From NCBI GenBank assembly GCA_963715865.1, contig OY970280.1, positions 1,056,001 to 1,120,000 of the forward strand: a DNA stretch of 64,000 nucleotides. Direction: 5' to 3'. The notes beneath the pieces are model-generated. The model searched no databases, had not been told where the DNA came from, and saw only the letters and a list, made by a program, of their open reading frames with translations. Below are positions 11,141 to 21,256 of this stretch, piece after piece (position 1 is the first letter of the stretch; every line of letters starts with the position of its first letter). This DNA comes from Candidatus Bathyarchaeota archaeon (GTDB taxonomy: Archaea; Thermoproteota; Bathyarchaeia; Bathyarchaeales; Bathycorpusculaceae). The position numbers were made by a program, and so were the translations under genes.

Positions 11141-11467
11141 ATGACCTTAACAATAATCGAAAATTCGCCGAAAAGACGGGACAAACTCGTCATTATGGCA
11201 GAAATCATAGACATCGCCAAAAAAGGCACTTCGAAAACCCACATCATGTTTAAAGCCAACCTCAGTTTCAGCCAACTAAAACAGTACCTCGCACTACTCT
11301 CGCATACCAGTCTTCTCGAAACATCTGCATACAACGGAAGAGTAATCTATAAACCCACACAAAAAGGCTTAGAGTTCATGGAAAGACAACAACAAATAAT
11401 GGATCTGCTAAATGAAGATGTGCGTGTATACAGAAACGGCGTGAAAACTCCCCTATTCGACTATTAA
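11141..11467 (+). CDS. Winged helix-turn-helix transcriptional regulator (archaeal COG3432-like)
   Basis: RRDKLVIMAEII...KTHIMFKANLSFSQLKQYL...YKPTQKGLEF pattern. Confidence 0.85.
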   Translation: MTLTIIENSPKRRDKLVIMAEIIDIAKKGTSKTHIMFKANLSFSQLKQYLALLSHTSLLETSAYNGRVIYKPTQKGLEFMERQQQIMDLLNEDVRVYRNGVKTPLFDY

Positions 11468-11901
11468 CGCTCTCCAAAGAAGTTAACCCTTACCGCACCA
11501 ACTGCACAAAAAATCAAATTTCTAACTTCTCAGTCAAAAGAAGAAAAACTTGCTGCTTCATCGGAAACTATTTTTTTTCCAAACTTAGTATGTTAATAAC
11601 AAGCTGATACATTTGAAGTAATTTGCGTTATCAATAGTTCATCCTCGTCAAAATTTCAGCGCGTATGCGTGTTCATTAATTGGTGGAAAATGGTTTTAAT
11701 TCATGTTTTAAGGTTGGGTCAGTTTTGATGGCATGGATTCCGAGCATATTCCAGGATTGGTTGTGGATGCCAAGAGGTGCATTATTACCATTTTTAGCCA
11801 TTTTTCGGAAGAAGGCAACGCGGGAGAAAAGAGAACTAATTCTTCTTTTCCAAATAGTTTAAAACGAAGAGAGAAAAAGGAGGATTTGAAGCAGCTGATT
11901 A

Positions 11902-12123
11902 TTATATTCTGTCGAAGTAGTTCATTGGTGCATACCAATAGATTGTAATGGGTTTTTTGCAATCTGAATTTCGACAAACAAGATTTTGTTCCATGTCGTC
12001 ACCGTAAAAACTGCCTCTTGAAGGCTTTTCAAAGGAATATGCAGAATGAAGTCTATCTGGAGGATTAACTTCAAAAGGCCAATCGCAACAAGGGCATCTG
12101 AGGAGTATTTTGGATACAGCCAT
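11902..12123 (-). CDS. Small Cys-rich (putative Zn-binding) protein
   Basis: CPCC...CRNSDC, ATG start at 12123, upstream TATA-like AT tract. Confidence 0.55.
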   Translation of the reverse strand: MAVSKILLRCPCCDWPFEVNPPDRLHSAYSFEKPSRGSFYGDDMEQNLVCRNSDCKKPITIYWYAPMNYFDRI

Positions 12124-12480
12124 AAAACACCCCAACAGTACCTCAGCATAAGTATTATATTAATTTAGAGACAGAGCCCCTTCGCCTTATTGTTTATAAT
12201 TCTTTATGCTGTAATAGCGTTCTTGAAATGATTATTGTTTAGTTAGCTGTTTTAAAAACATATGGAACATTCTGCTAAACAAATCAATTATATCAAAAAA
12301 AACAATAACTACAAAAAATCAATATATACTATAACTCCAAAATCATTCAAGAATACTCTATTAAACTACCATAAAAGCTCAGAAGACTAAAAATATTTGA
12401 TACCTAGAAAAGACTACCACGCCCCTATAAGGTTAAAACAAGAACTTTTAAATCTAAAAGACCAAAAACAAAAAAAGAAA

Positions 12481-14118
12481 TTATGGAGCTACGAGTCTAA
12501 CGTAGTCAATTTGCCAGGCACTTTGCGTTGTATCTGATGTTCTGGTTGTGTCGTAGAATCTGAGGTCAAACGTTGTTCCAGTCAGGCTTACGGTGTAAGT
12601 ATTAACAGTGTTTGCAGTCAATGTGCCTAAGAGTTGCCAAGACGAACTGGTAGTGCTCCAGTAGTAGACTTGAAGGTTTTCGGTGTCAAGTGTTCCTGTT
12701 TTGATTTGAAGCTGAGTGTAGGATGCAAAGTTGGTTACGCCTGAGAATTGAACTTCTGAGTCAAGTTGGTAGTTTGCTCTGTTGACGGTTGCGTAGAAGG
12801 CGCGGTAGTTATATGTGCCGCTGGATGCGTCTGTTGGGTTTGTCGGGTTGGAGTAGCTGTTGTCATTGTCATATTGGCTTGTACCCCCCGTTGTTCCGAC
12901 GTAATAAAGCCTAAAGGTATCATCCTGGGATACTATTAGGATCCAGTAGGTTGTGCCGGCCGTGATTGTTGGGGGCGTTGCGAATGTAGCTGTTCTGGAT
13001 GCTTCTGAAGTGGTGCAGGATATGGCGGTACTTATACCGTTGGTTAAGATGTGCCCTGTGCTATCAGTTATTATTGCTTTGACGTTGAATGTTCCCGAAT
13101 TTGTTCTGCCGTAGAAAGTGACGCTTGCCACGCTTATGGCGTCTGCGGGGGCTGTGAAGGCTTGCCCTCGTACGTGGTCTTGGTCTATATCACTATAGGA
13201 GGTTCCTGTGTTGGTAAGTGTTCCCATCGTGGTTGTCGTTGGAACAGTATTCGCTTCTGTTAATGTATCGTACGATCCGTCGTTTTGCATGTTTGCGAAG
13301 CTACTATGGGTCCCAACGTTGCTGTCATGAACAGCACTATTTGAAGTAACATAGATTGACGGTAGAGCTGCAGCAGAAACGGTTACTGGGTATTCTTGGT
13401 AGTCAGTTGCACCATCATTGTCAGTAACAGTCAAACGCACAGTATACGTTCCAGCAGAAGCATAAGTGTGAGATGGATTGGTCTCAGTGCTGGTTTGAGT
13501 ATCACCAAAATTCCATGCCCGAGAAGCAATAGTGCCATCTGAGTCAGATGAAGCATCAGTGAACTGAACCACAAGGTTTGTAGCTGAGAATGTAAAGTCT
13601 GCAGAAGGAGCAACATTACCTGAAGGTGGGGTTGTTGTGCTGCTTGGGTTGCCTGTGCTTGTACCCTGTGCGATGGTTCCGCCGACGGTTACTATTTTAA
13701 TTTTGAGCTGCTCACCAGAAGTGTAGATATAACTCACGGTCAGCCCAACAGTTTGTCCTTCTTTTACTGTTATAGTATTCCCTGACAGCATTTCAGACGG
13801 AGCAACTCCATTTTGGATAATTGCTATTGGGACATCGTTGACGTAGACAGTATTATCAGGGTAGTTAAGTTGTATCGCTCCTTGGCCGACGTTCTGAACG
13901 TAAACAGTAAGCTCAGTACCTTCAGTGTTAAATGCGGAGCTTTGTATTTGTATCGCTTGGCCTGTCTTAGCGGTTTGGAATCCTATATACCCCATAACCC
14001 AAGCGTAAGCGACTAATGAGGCCACTACGGCTATTGCTATCATTAGCAAAACTGAAATCACTGGTGATATTGCTTTAATAGATCGTCGAATTTTAGTAAT
14101 TTTTCGCACGTTTTTCAT
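12481..14118 (-). CDS. Type IV pilin-like adhesin with PKD domain
   Basis: RRSIKA|ISPVISVLLMIAIAVVAS start. PKD signature ADFTF...WNFGD...NPSHTYASAGTYTVRLTVTD. Confidence 0.88.
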   Translation of the reverse strand: MKNVRKITKIRRSIKAISPVISVLLMIAIAVVASLVAYAWVMGYIGFQTAKTGQAIQIQSSAFNTEGTELTVYVQNVGQGAIQLNYPDNTVYVNDVPIAIIQNGVAPSEMLSGNTITVKEGQTVGLTVSYIYTSGEQLKIKIVTVGGTIAQGTSTGNPSSTTTPPSGNVAPSADFTFSATNLVVQFTDASSDSDGTIASRAWNFGDTQTSTETNPSHTYASAGTYTVRLTVTDNDGATDYQEYPVTVSAAALPSIYVTSNSAVHDSNVGTHSSFANMQNDGSYDTLTEANTVPTTTTMGTLTNTGTSYSDIDQDHVRGQAFTAPADAISVASVTFYGRTNSGTFNVKAIITDSTGHILTNGISTAISCTTSEASRTATFATPPTITAGTTYWILIVSQDDTFRLYYVGTTGGTSQYDNDNSYSNPTNPTDASSGTYNYRAFYATVNRANYQLDSEVQFSGVTNFASYTQLQIKTGTLDTENLQVYYWSTTSSSWQLLGTLTANTVNTYTVSLTGTTFDLRFYDTTRTSDTTQSAWQIDYVRLVAP

Positions 14119-14371
14119 TTCCTTTCTCTTTTGGAGAGTAACCGCTAAAAAGCGCTCTCTCCAGTTGCAGTTATTTACGCTTGAGGGACTATTTAAGAAT
14201 AAATGGAGTAGTGTTCTATAGCCAAACGGAATGTTCGGTCAAGATCTGGTGCAAAAACCTCAACCAAGCGCATTACAACCACGTTAACTCGTCTGAGGAG
14301 TTTTGCTCTTTTCCGATAAATTAAAATTCTCAAAGCTTAAGATAAGTAACCAATTCTTGGAGCTAAGACTC

Positions 14372-15550
14372 ATGGACCTTTCAAACATACGCATAAAAGA
14401 ACACTTTGGAATAGTAACAAACGACACAAACACCACACAATTCAACTTCCTAGTCAGCCCCCCAAAAAACCGCGAAACCATCCAAAAACAGGACATAATC
14501 TGCCTTGACCACCCAACATACGGCGACGCATGCCAAGTACTCGCCGAAGTTAAAGAAATAACCAGCTATGAACAAGTCGCAGGCTCAACCATCGGCGACC
14601 GCATAGGAAAAATGTTAGCCACAGCCCAAATAATCGGCTACATCGACCTAAGAAACGAAGACCAGCCACTGCGCAAGCTACTTGTGCCGCCAAATCCTGG
14701 CAGCCGCATCTACATGCCCTACGCCTCATTCCTAGAAGACGCATTCAACCGAGGAACCGAAGGAAAACCCTATGTGCAGCCACTTCATCTGGGCAAAGCA
14801 GAAGTCTTCGCTGCCTCCCAGGAAGCTAACGACCAACAAATAAACTATTACCTAAACGCCGCTGACCTCATCAGCAAGCATACACTTATTTCTGCAGTAG
14901 ACGGAGCAGGAAAAACCCACATTGCCGCAGTCATCATTGAAGAACTTGCCAACAAAACCAGCCATCCAATAGTAATCTTCGACCCAAACAACGAATACAC
15001 CACAATAAGCACAGCCAAAAACCCAGACCAAAACTACCCATTCAACTTCCAAACCGCACTAATCAACTCCAACACCGCAAAGAACAGCCAAGACGCAATA
15101 GCGAAAAAAATCAAACAAGGCCAAGTCACCATAATAACTGCCGAAAACTTGACGCTCACCGAAAAAACCGAATACTACGCCAGCATCTTAAACGCATTAG
15201 CTAAAAGCAGACGAGAAAAAACCACACAGCCATTCCTCCTTGTAGTTGAGGACACAGAAAATCTCCCGCCTCAAGTAATCCAAGAAATTCTCACTACAAA
15301 AAATGACATAGCAACCATCCTCATCACATCCCACCCAACCATGCTAGGCGGAAAAGTCCTATCTCAAACACGAAACTACATCATCGGAAAAACCATCGAC
15401 CCACAGGATTTAGCCTACCTAAAAAACATGATCAGCGGATGTGACGAGCAGTTACCCAGCTTAGGCGTTGGCGAATGGGTAATCAACGGCTTAAACATTA
15501 TTCGCCCAACAAAAATCCACGTTAGAGAACGCTACTCCAAAGCAAAATAA
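14372..15550 (+). CDS. HerA/DUF87-family ATPase-like protein (degenerate motifs)
   Basis: N-terminal HAS-barrel-like region, Walker A AVDGAGKT, IVIFDPNNEY, Walker B LLVVEDTE. Start MDLS at 14372. Confidence 0.7.
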   Translation: MDLSNIRIKEHFGIVTNDTNTTQFNFLVSPPKNRETIQKQDIICLDHPTYGDACQVLAEVKEITSYEQVAGSTIGDRIGKMLATAQIIGYIDLRNEDQPLRKLLVPPNPGSRIYMPYASFLEDAFNRGTEGKPYVQPLHLGKAEVFAASQEANDQQINYYLNAADLISKHTLISAVDGAGKTHIAAVIIEELANKTSHPIVIFDPNNEYTTISTAKNPDQNYPFNFQTALINSNTAKNSQDAIAKKIKQGQVTIITAENLTLTEKTEYYASILNALAKSRREKTTQPFLLVVEDTENLPPQVIQEILTTKNDIATILITSHPTMLGGKVLSQTRNYIIGKTIDPQDLAYLKNMISGCDEQLPSLGVGEWVINGLNIIRPTKIHVRERYSKAK

Positions 15551-15641
15551 TCTTTTTTTAACCTTTGCCATTGATTTGTACTCCACAAACGTTTTATGTC
15601 AAATCCCTTCAAATACTACATTCAAAAGGGGAAAAACAGTC

Positions 15642-16091
15642 ATGAGTGAAAAGAAAAGATCACTAAACATAACCAACGTCCTCGGCGCTGTTCTCATAAT
15701 CGTATTAGTCGCCTTAAGCGTTTTATTAGGCGTTTACATCCAGCAAAACACCACCTTACAAGACAAAGACAACCAAATAGCTAGTCTCCAAAACCAATTA
15801 GCCACACCAAAACTCATAATTTTTGGCTTACAATACACAGATAACCGCTCAGATGCAAATGCGCCTTTCCTGCATATTACAGGCTATGTAGTTAATGTTG
15901 GAAGTGCTAAAGCAAACAACTGCACAATCTATGTTAACGCTGTACAAAGTGGAAACGTAACTGCTTTTGACACTACAACAACCATTACCTCACTTGATGC
16001 AGGAGCATACGAGGCTATAGACCTACAGTTTCCATACACAGGGCAAGCGTTAGTAGCGTATACTAGCCCACGTCTAGCATGGACTAACTAG
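15642..16091 (+). CDS. Membrane-anchored protein with short coiled coil and Ig-like (FxLYD/CARDB-like) domain
   Basis: TM, QDKDNQIASLQNQL coil, ITGYVVNVGS...ANNC. Confidence 0.7.
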   Translation: MSEKKRSLNITNVLGAVLIIVLVALSVLLGVYIQQNTTLQDKDNQIASLQNQLATPKLIIFGLQYTDNRSDANAPFLHITGYVVNVGSAKANNCTIYVNAVQSGNVTAFDTTTTITSLDAGAYEAIDLQFPYTGQALVAYTSPRLAWTN

Positions 16092-16172
16092 GCAAACCCA
16101 GCTTTTTTTATATTTTTAAGTAGAAAACACTTAGTTTAAAAAATAAAGTTAATTTTTTTATAGTTAGCGATG

Positions 16173-16595
16173 TCATGGAGGATAGGTGCAAGAGGCCGAG
16201 TTTCCCAGAGTAGTAACAACCTTGAATGATACTTTTCCTGAGCTGTAATGAGATGGTATCAGTACAGATGAACCTGCGGGTACTTTATTGCTAAGCGTAT
16301 AGTTAGAATGCATCTGATCTGGGCCGCCGCTACCGGATTTAAGGTCTACCCATAACATGGTAAGTTGGGCATCCATTCCACCCACATTAGTTACGTTTAA
16401 GTTTAAGCGGTCAGCGGTTAGACTTACCGTGATGGGCGTGTTAATTTTTTCAACATACATGTCGTTCATCTCTTTGGTGGCGGCATCATGCCACAGGTAG
16501 ACATTCGTGAAAAAGAACAATAGTATGACGATAAACATTATTGTACCAATTACTTCGGCTGTTCCCTTGCGATTTTTAATTATTCTTTTCCACAT
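16173..16595 (-). CDS. Minor pilin (class III signal peptide)
   Basis: KNRKG|TAEVIGTIMFIVILLFFF. Last gene of the pilus operon. Confidence 0.8.
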   Translation of the reverse strand: MWKRIIKNRKGTAEVIGTIMFIVILLFFFTNVYLWHDAATKEMNDMYVEKINTPITVSLTADRLNLNVTNVGGMDAQLTMLWVDLKSGSGGPDQMHSNYTLSNKVPAGSSVLIPSHYSSGKVSFKVVTTLGNSASCTYPP

Positions 16596-16614
16596 TTTTT
16601 CTTCACCTCACATT

Positions 16615-17073
16615 TCACGGGGCATCGATTGATTCCACAAAACTCGAGCCTCGCACCGTATTTACTTTGAACACATAAGTGGCGCCACTTATCCAACTTG
16701 ATGATGCTTGAACAGTGATCGGTACATGAGCGCCAACTGGTACGGGAATATTAAAATTAATAGTGGATGATCCATTAGTGGCTGCTACTCCATTGATATA
16801 GATCACGTTAATTGTGGCACCAATTTGTCCTGAGTTGTAGACACAAAGCATTACATGATTGGTGTACTGTAATGGTGAATCTGTAGAGTTTAGACAAATA
16901 TCCTCGATTGTTAAGGATTCCATTACTGAACTGCCTATTCCAGCCTTGTAATTCTGTGCGTAAACAGCAACGTAAGCAAACAGTAAACTCATGCCAACCA
17001 TAACAACCATTATCATCAAGATTGTAGAAATGACCGTTGAAAGACCCTTTTTATTCCTGTAAAGTTTTCTCAT
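16615..17073 (-). CDS. Minor pilin (class III signal peptide)
   Basis: MRKLYRNKKG|LSTVISTILMIMVVMV. ATG at 17073. Confidence 0.82.
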   Translation of the reverse strand: MRKLYRNKKGLSTVISTILMIMVVMVGMSLLFAYVAVYAQNYKAGIGSSVMESLTIEDICLNSTDSPLQYTNHVMLCVYNSGQIGATINVIYINGVAATNGSSTINFNIPVPVGAHVPITVQASSSWISGATYVFKVNTVRGSSFVESIDAP

Positions 17074-17077
17074 GTTT

Positions 17078-17926
17078 TCACACCCAACTCGGCGGAATTG
17101 CAAAGAAGAATATTGCATACCCTACGATACTTAGGATTATGGCGTGTTTTAAGCCGCCTGCCACTCGCCGCTCCCCAAGCTTTCCAGCCATCAACCCGCC
17201 AGTAACCGCGGAAACCAGCATGTCCTCATAGAAGAAGTTTTTCAATCCGCTTGTGCTACCCAATGAAACTTGGCTCATGATTTGCGGCGCTCCTTGCATG
17301 GGAGCAAGGAAAGACCGCACAAGAAGGATTGCTGTAACTATAAAGACGAAAAAAGCCGCGTAAATTATGATTATGTAGGGTTTCATCTGGGCACTTGTTT
17401 CCTTGTCCATGTCGTTCATTTCCTCCATGAAACCCGATGTGGCAGTGAAAACCTTCTTTATTGTGCCACCTGAGCGACTTGCCTCAAGCACCAAAGCGCA
17501 GAACCTGTTTACTATTGGCGAATTGATGCGCTCTTTGAAGTTGATCAGAGCCTGTTCGAAGGATGTCCCCCAAGACATTTGAACGGTCAGCTTCTTGACT
17601 TCGTCAGACAACGGATGCCCTATCATCTTGTTGTCAACGACTTTTTCCAATGCCTTAACTAAAGTTAATCCGGTTTCCTGAGATTCCGAAACTCCACGCA
17701 CTAGAAGGGGCATTTGGTCCTCTATTGCTGAAACCCATCTTTGGTTTTCGTAGTCGAGTATTGCAGAAGGGACTATGATTACAAGGACTGCCACTAGGAA
17801 TATTTCGTTAGCATAAACCGTTAGGGCATTGGAATCAGTTATGGCCAATATGGCAACGTCTATTAGAACCAACATAATGGAAACAACAGCGGTGATCTGC
17901 CTTTTTTTCTTTGATACCTGGCGCAT
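17078..17926 (-). CDS. Type II/IV secretion system F-family membrane platform protein (TadC-like)
   Basis: IEDQMPLLVRGV...GLTLVKAL...SRSGG...MKPY...GLMAGKLGE. Confidence 0.88.
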   Translation of the reverse strand: MRQVSKKKRQITAVVSIMLVLIDVAILAITDSNALTVYANEIFLVAVLVIIVPSAILDYENQRWVSAIEDQMPLLVRGVSESQETGLTLVKALEKVVDNKMIGHPLSDEVKKLTVQMSWGTSFEQALINFKERINSPIVNRFCALVLEASRSGGTIKKVFTATSGFMEEMNDMDKETSAQMKPYIIIIYAAFFVFIVTAILLVRSFLAPMQGAPQIMSQVSLGSTSGLKNFFYEDMLVSAVTGGLMAGKLGERRVAGGLKHAIILSIVGYAIFFFAIPPSWV

Positions 17927-17931
17927 TTTCT

Positions 17932-18798
17932 TTACCTCGGGGGAGTCATCGAATCAATCATCAATAGAAGTATGCCCACACCTGCAGGCGTTATCACGAA
18001 CGCTACGAGCATAAGTATCACCTGTGGGTCAAGGTTGCCTAACATTGATGCGCCACCGCCCAAAAAGGACATTATCGAGAGCATAACCACAAGTGCCAGC
18101 GGAAGAGCAATCATGAAGCTAACGTAGACTTCAGCCATGCCACCTAAACTCTCTAAGTAACTCTTCATCGATGCAACCCTTACTTTTTTGTACTTCTCAG
18201 ACTCTTCCCGCAAATAGGCAGCCAAGTCTCCACCCATGTGCGAAGTGGTCACAATACCGTCAAGCATTGCACCGAACTTTCTTGAAGCTGACCTTAAAGA
18301 ACCGCTTCTCAGAGCAGCGTTAAGGTCTAAACCTAATAGTTCAATATCAGCAATTATTCTGCGCAATTCTTCACCTACACCAAATTCGTCTCCAACATTA
18401 GCTAGTGAACGAAAAATGCGCTCTGGAGGCATACCAGCACTGGCAAGAACAGCCATGAAGTTTGCAGTAAGCGGAAGGTTGGCTTCTATTTTCCTTGCTC
18501 TTGAAGAGATTTCGAGCAAGGGGTATATGTAGCATATGCCAAGCGAAGAAAAAAGGGCTACCAAACCAATTAAGACAGAGAACAAAATAGAGGAGTATAA
18601 GAACATTGGGAACAAGAAGGAGGATAAGAGCATTGAGAACAAGAAGGCTACAATTCCCGAAACAACTGAAGCGAACAGCATTAATCCCATGTAGGCTTGG
18701 AAGGTAATTCTTAAGCTCGTTTTCGCCAAGTTCTTTTGTAAACTCTCAAACTTGGAAAAGATACTTTTTGGTATTAGGTTGGATATTCGCAGGAACAA
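17932..18798 (-). CDS. Type II/IV secretion system F-family membrane platform protein (TadC/FlaJ-like)
   Basis: IEANLPLTANFMAVLASAGMPP...GLDLNAAL...GGDLAAYL. Confidence 0.9.
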   Translation of the reverse strand: MFLRISNLIPKSIFSKFESLQKNLAKTSLRITFQAYMGLMLFASVVSGIVAFLFSMLLSSFLFPMFLYSSILFSVLIGLVALFSSLGICYIYPLLEISSRARKIEANLPLTANFMAVLASAGMPPERIFRSLANVGDEFGVGEELRRIIADIELLGLDLNAALRSGSLRSASRKFGAMLDGIVTTSHMGGDLAAYLREESEKYKKVRVASMKSYLESLGGMAEVYVSFMIALPLALVVMLSIMSFLGGGASMLGNLDPQVILMLVAFVITPAGVGILLLMIDSMTPPR

Positions 18799-18811
18799 GG
18801 TTAGCAGTTGT

Positions 18812-20472
18812 TTATTCGTTTTTCAGGGCCTCCGCGAGAATAGGCTCTGGGTTTTCAAGGTAACTTCTGACTATGTTTGAGACGCCCTTGTAGTTTCGCA
18901 CATTGTTTTTAACCATCCACTGTATAACTTTAGCCCTACGTTGGATCTCTTCACTTGCTTGTTCGGTGGTTATGCCTGTTTTCTCAGCAATTTTCTCTAT
19001 GATGTAACTCCTACCGGTAAAATCAAAAGTGTCTTCAGCAGGGTTCCATCTATAAACTTCGTTTGTAAGGATTTCTCCTGAACGGGGATCCAGACCTACT
19101 ATTTCGGAGGTTGAGACGGTTTTCCTCACGGGTTTGCCGCCTATTTCGACTCTCTTTTGAACAAGAATTATGTCTATTCCAGCGATAAGTGTTCTCGGAA
19201 TATTCATTGGCGCTGACTCTAACCGATATACACGTTGATTCTACTGATTCTGCATGAACCGTTGACATTCCAAGGTGACCTGTGCTTACAGCCTGGAAGA
19301 GAGTGTAAGCTTCTGCTCCTCTGATTTCACCCACAATGATGTAGTCGGGTCTTTGTCTAAGTGAGGCTTTGAGCAGGTCAAAGAGGGAGATATCTGCGTT
19401 TTCTGTGGAAAGCCCAAAATGTGTTCTTGTAGCAGCGGGAATCCAGTTTTCGTGTGGAAGATTCAGTTCAGGAGTATCTTCGATTGATACGACTTTCAGG
19501 TCTGGCTTAATGAACATGCTTAAGCAGTTAAGTAAGGTGGTTTTGCCCGCTGCGATTCCTCCTGCAACCAGAATTGAAACTCTGTTTTCAACTGCATACC
19601 AGAAGAAAGCAGCCATCTCAGGCGAGAGAGAATTAAAGCTTACAAGGTCTGTGACTGTGAAGGGGTCCAGCTTGAATTTTCTGATAGTGAAAGTGGAGCC
19701 TTTGCGTGTGACTTCGCTTCCGTAGGTTAAGTTGATTCGGCTGCCGTCCGGCAAGCTTGCATCTAGCAGTGGCTGCGCTATTGAGACGTGGCTTCCACAG
19801 AGGTAAGCAAGTCTGAGGGCATTTGTGTCGAGTTCATCGGCAGTTTCGAAGCGAATGTTGGTCGGGATGGACTCAAATTTTCTGTGCCAAATGTAAAGGG
19901 GCACGTTGATTCCATCGCATGAAACGTCTTCGATTAATGGATCACGCATGAGTGGATCTATTTTTCCATACCCAAGATTGTCCCTGACGACATAATAGAG
20001 CAGTTTGCCGCGGGTTTCAGACGTTGGATTAAAACGGTAATCATCAAATATTTCATTGCATTTTTTAATCAGATATTCTCCAGCGGCCTGTTTTGAATGC
20101 AGTTCCGTTGGCTTAAGCTGTAACACTTCATTTAGAATTCCTTTCAAGCGCTGGAGATCTGTAACATCAGTTTTGTTAAGCTGTGGCTCTTCCACAGTAT
20201 AAGTGATGTTGCCTCTGACCACATCTCGGGTTACATTGACATAAGCATAAGGTGCGTTAAGCGGGTAATTTTCTAAAACAGCTAACATTCTTGATAGGAG
20301 CTTGCATATCAGCCCCAGATATCCCAAGCGCTATGCCTTGATTATCCAAGTTCGATGAAAGCGGATTCTCCGCAGCTTTGTTTTCGCTACCTAAATTTTC
20401 TTGCGAAGTACCTGCAGGTTTCTTTCGATTAAACAATTTCAATTTCCCTATCTGCCTTAAGTGGAATACCAT
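18812..20472 (-). pseudogene. Type IV pilus assembly ATPase (VirB11/FlaI/TadA family), split by two +1 frameshifts (real or sequencing error)
   Basis: Walker A GGIAAGKTT, LKASLRQRPDYIIVGEIRG, STVHA. Three track ORFs join if one base is removed near 20285 and one near 19228 (restoring ES-T-VYRLESAPMNIPR). Confidence 0.88.
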
Positions 20473-20553
20473 TGCTACATCATCCTTGGTTAAATCAGTT
20501 GTTATTTTAAGTTAAAAATATAGGAAAAAAGGGTTTTGTAAGCGATCACTTTC

Positions 20554-21019
20554 TTATGGGAATGACTGTGTTACTTGACTGAATGTTCCGCCTGTTGTAG
20601 TAACCTTGGCAGTCACGGTCACACTTGTTTGTGTACCTGATGTTATCAGACCAGTGTAGCCTGTAACCCCGATCGCCAAAGTTGATTGCGGTTGTATAGT
20701 GGTAGAGCTCGTTATGTTAGTGGCATATTGTGCACCGTTGACATAAACAGAGTTAGCATCGATATTCACGGCTCCATCACCGACATTTTGGGCATATATC
20801 ACTAATCTGCCCGGAGTAACGCCGACTGTTGCGTTTGCCATACTTTGTATTTGTATTGCTGAACCTGTTTTACCTGTTTGGAACCCTACGTATCCCATGA
20901 CCCAAGCGTAGACTACAAGTGACGCTACGACTGCAACGGCAATCATTAATAGCACTGAAATTACTGGTGAGATCGCTTTCAGATTTCTACGAAATTTACG
21001 GAATTTTTTAAAGTTTCAT
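20554..21019 (-). CDS. Probable major pilin; ATG out of frame by one base
   Basis: FKKFRKFRRNLKA|ISPVISVLLMIAVAVVAS is in frame with the track ORF. ATG at 21019 reads ATG AAA CTT TAA; removing one A gives MNFKKFRK. Confidence 0.85.
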
Positions 21020-21256
21020 TTTTCACTTCTCCTTCTTAAGGAATCTTGATACTTAATTTAAGAACGCTTGCTTAAAAACAACTATGCAATAATGTTCTAC
21101 CTAAATTTGATATAATACCAATAACGAAATAACCATTAAGACTCAATAAGAAAAATCCCAGCCATAAAATTCACAGAAAATACATGAATTATTACATCGC
21201 TTCAATTGAAAAACGTTATAACACAGCAATTCACAAATAAGATAAGGAAGCCAAAC

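Noticed and set aside
10633-11977. Short track ORFs at 10633, 11044, 11680, 11708 and 11733
   Set aside because: Low-complexity or overlapping, with no motifs. Likely spurious.
18812-20472. Programmed ribosomal frameshifting in the ATPase
   Set aside because: No slippery heptamer or stimulatory structure at either junction. Same-sign errors occur in unrelated genes.
8449-21019. Diversity-generating retroelement acting on the pilin paralogues
   Set aside because: No reverse transcriptase and no adenine-specific template/variable repeat pair.
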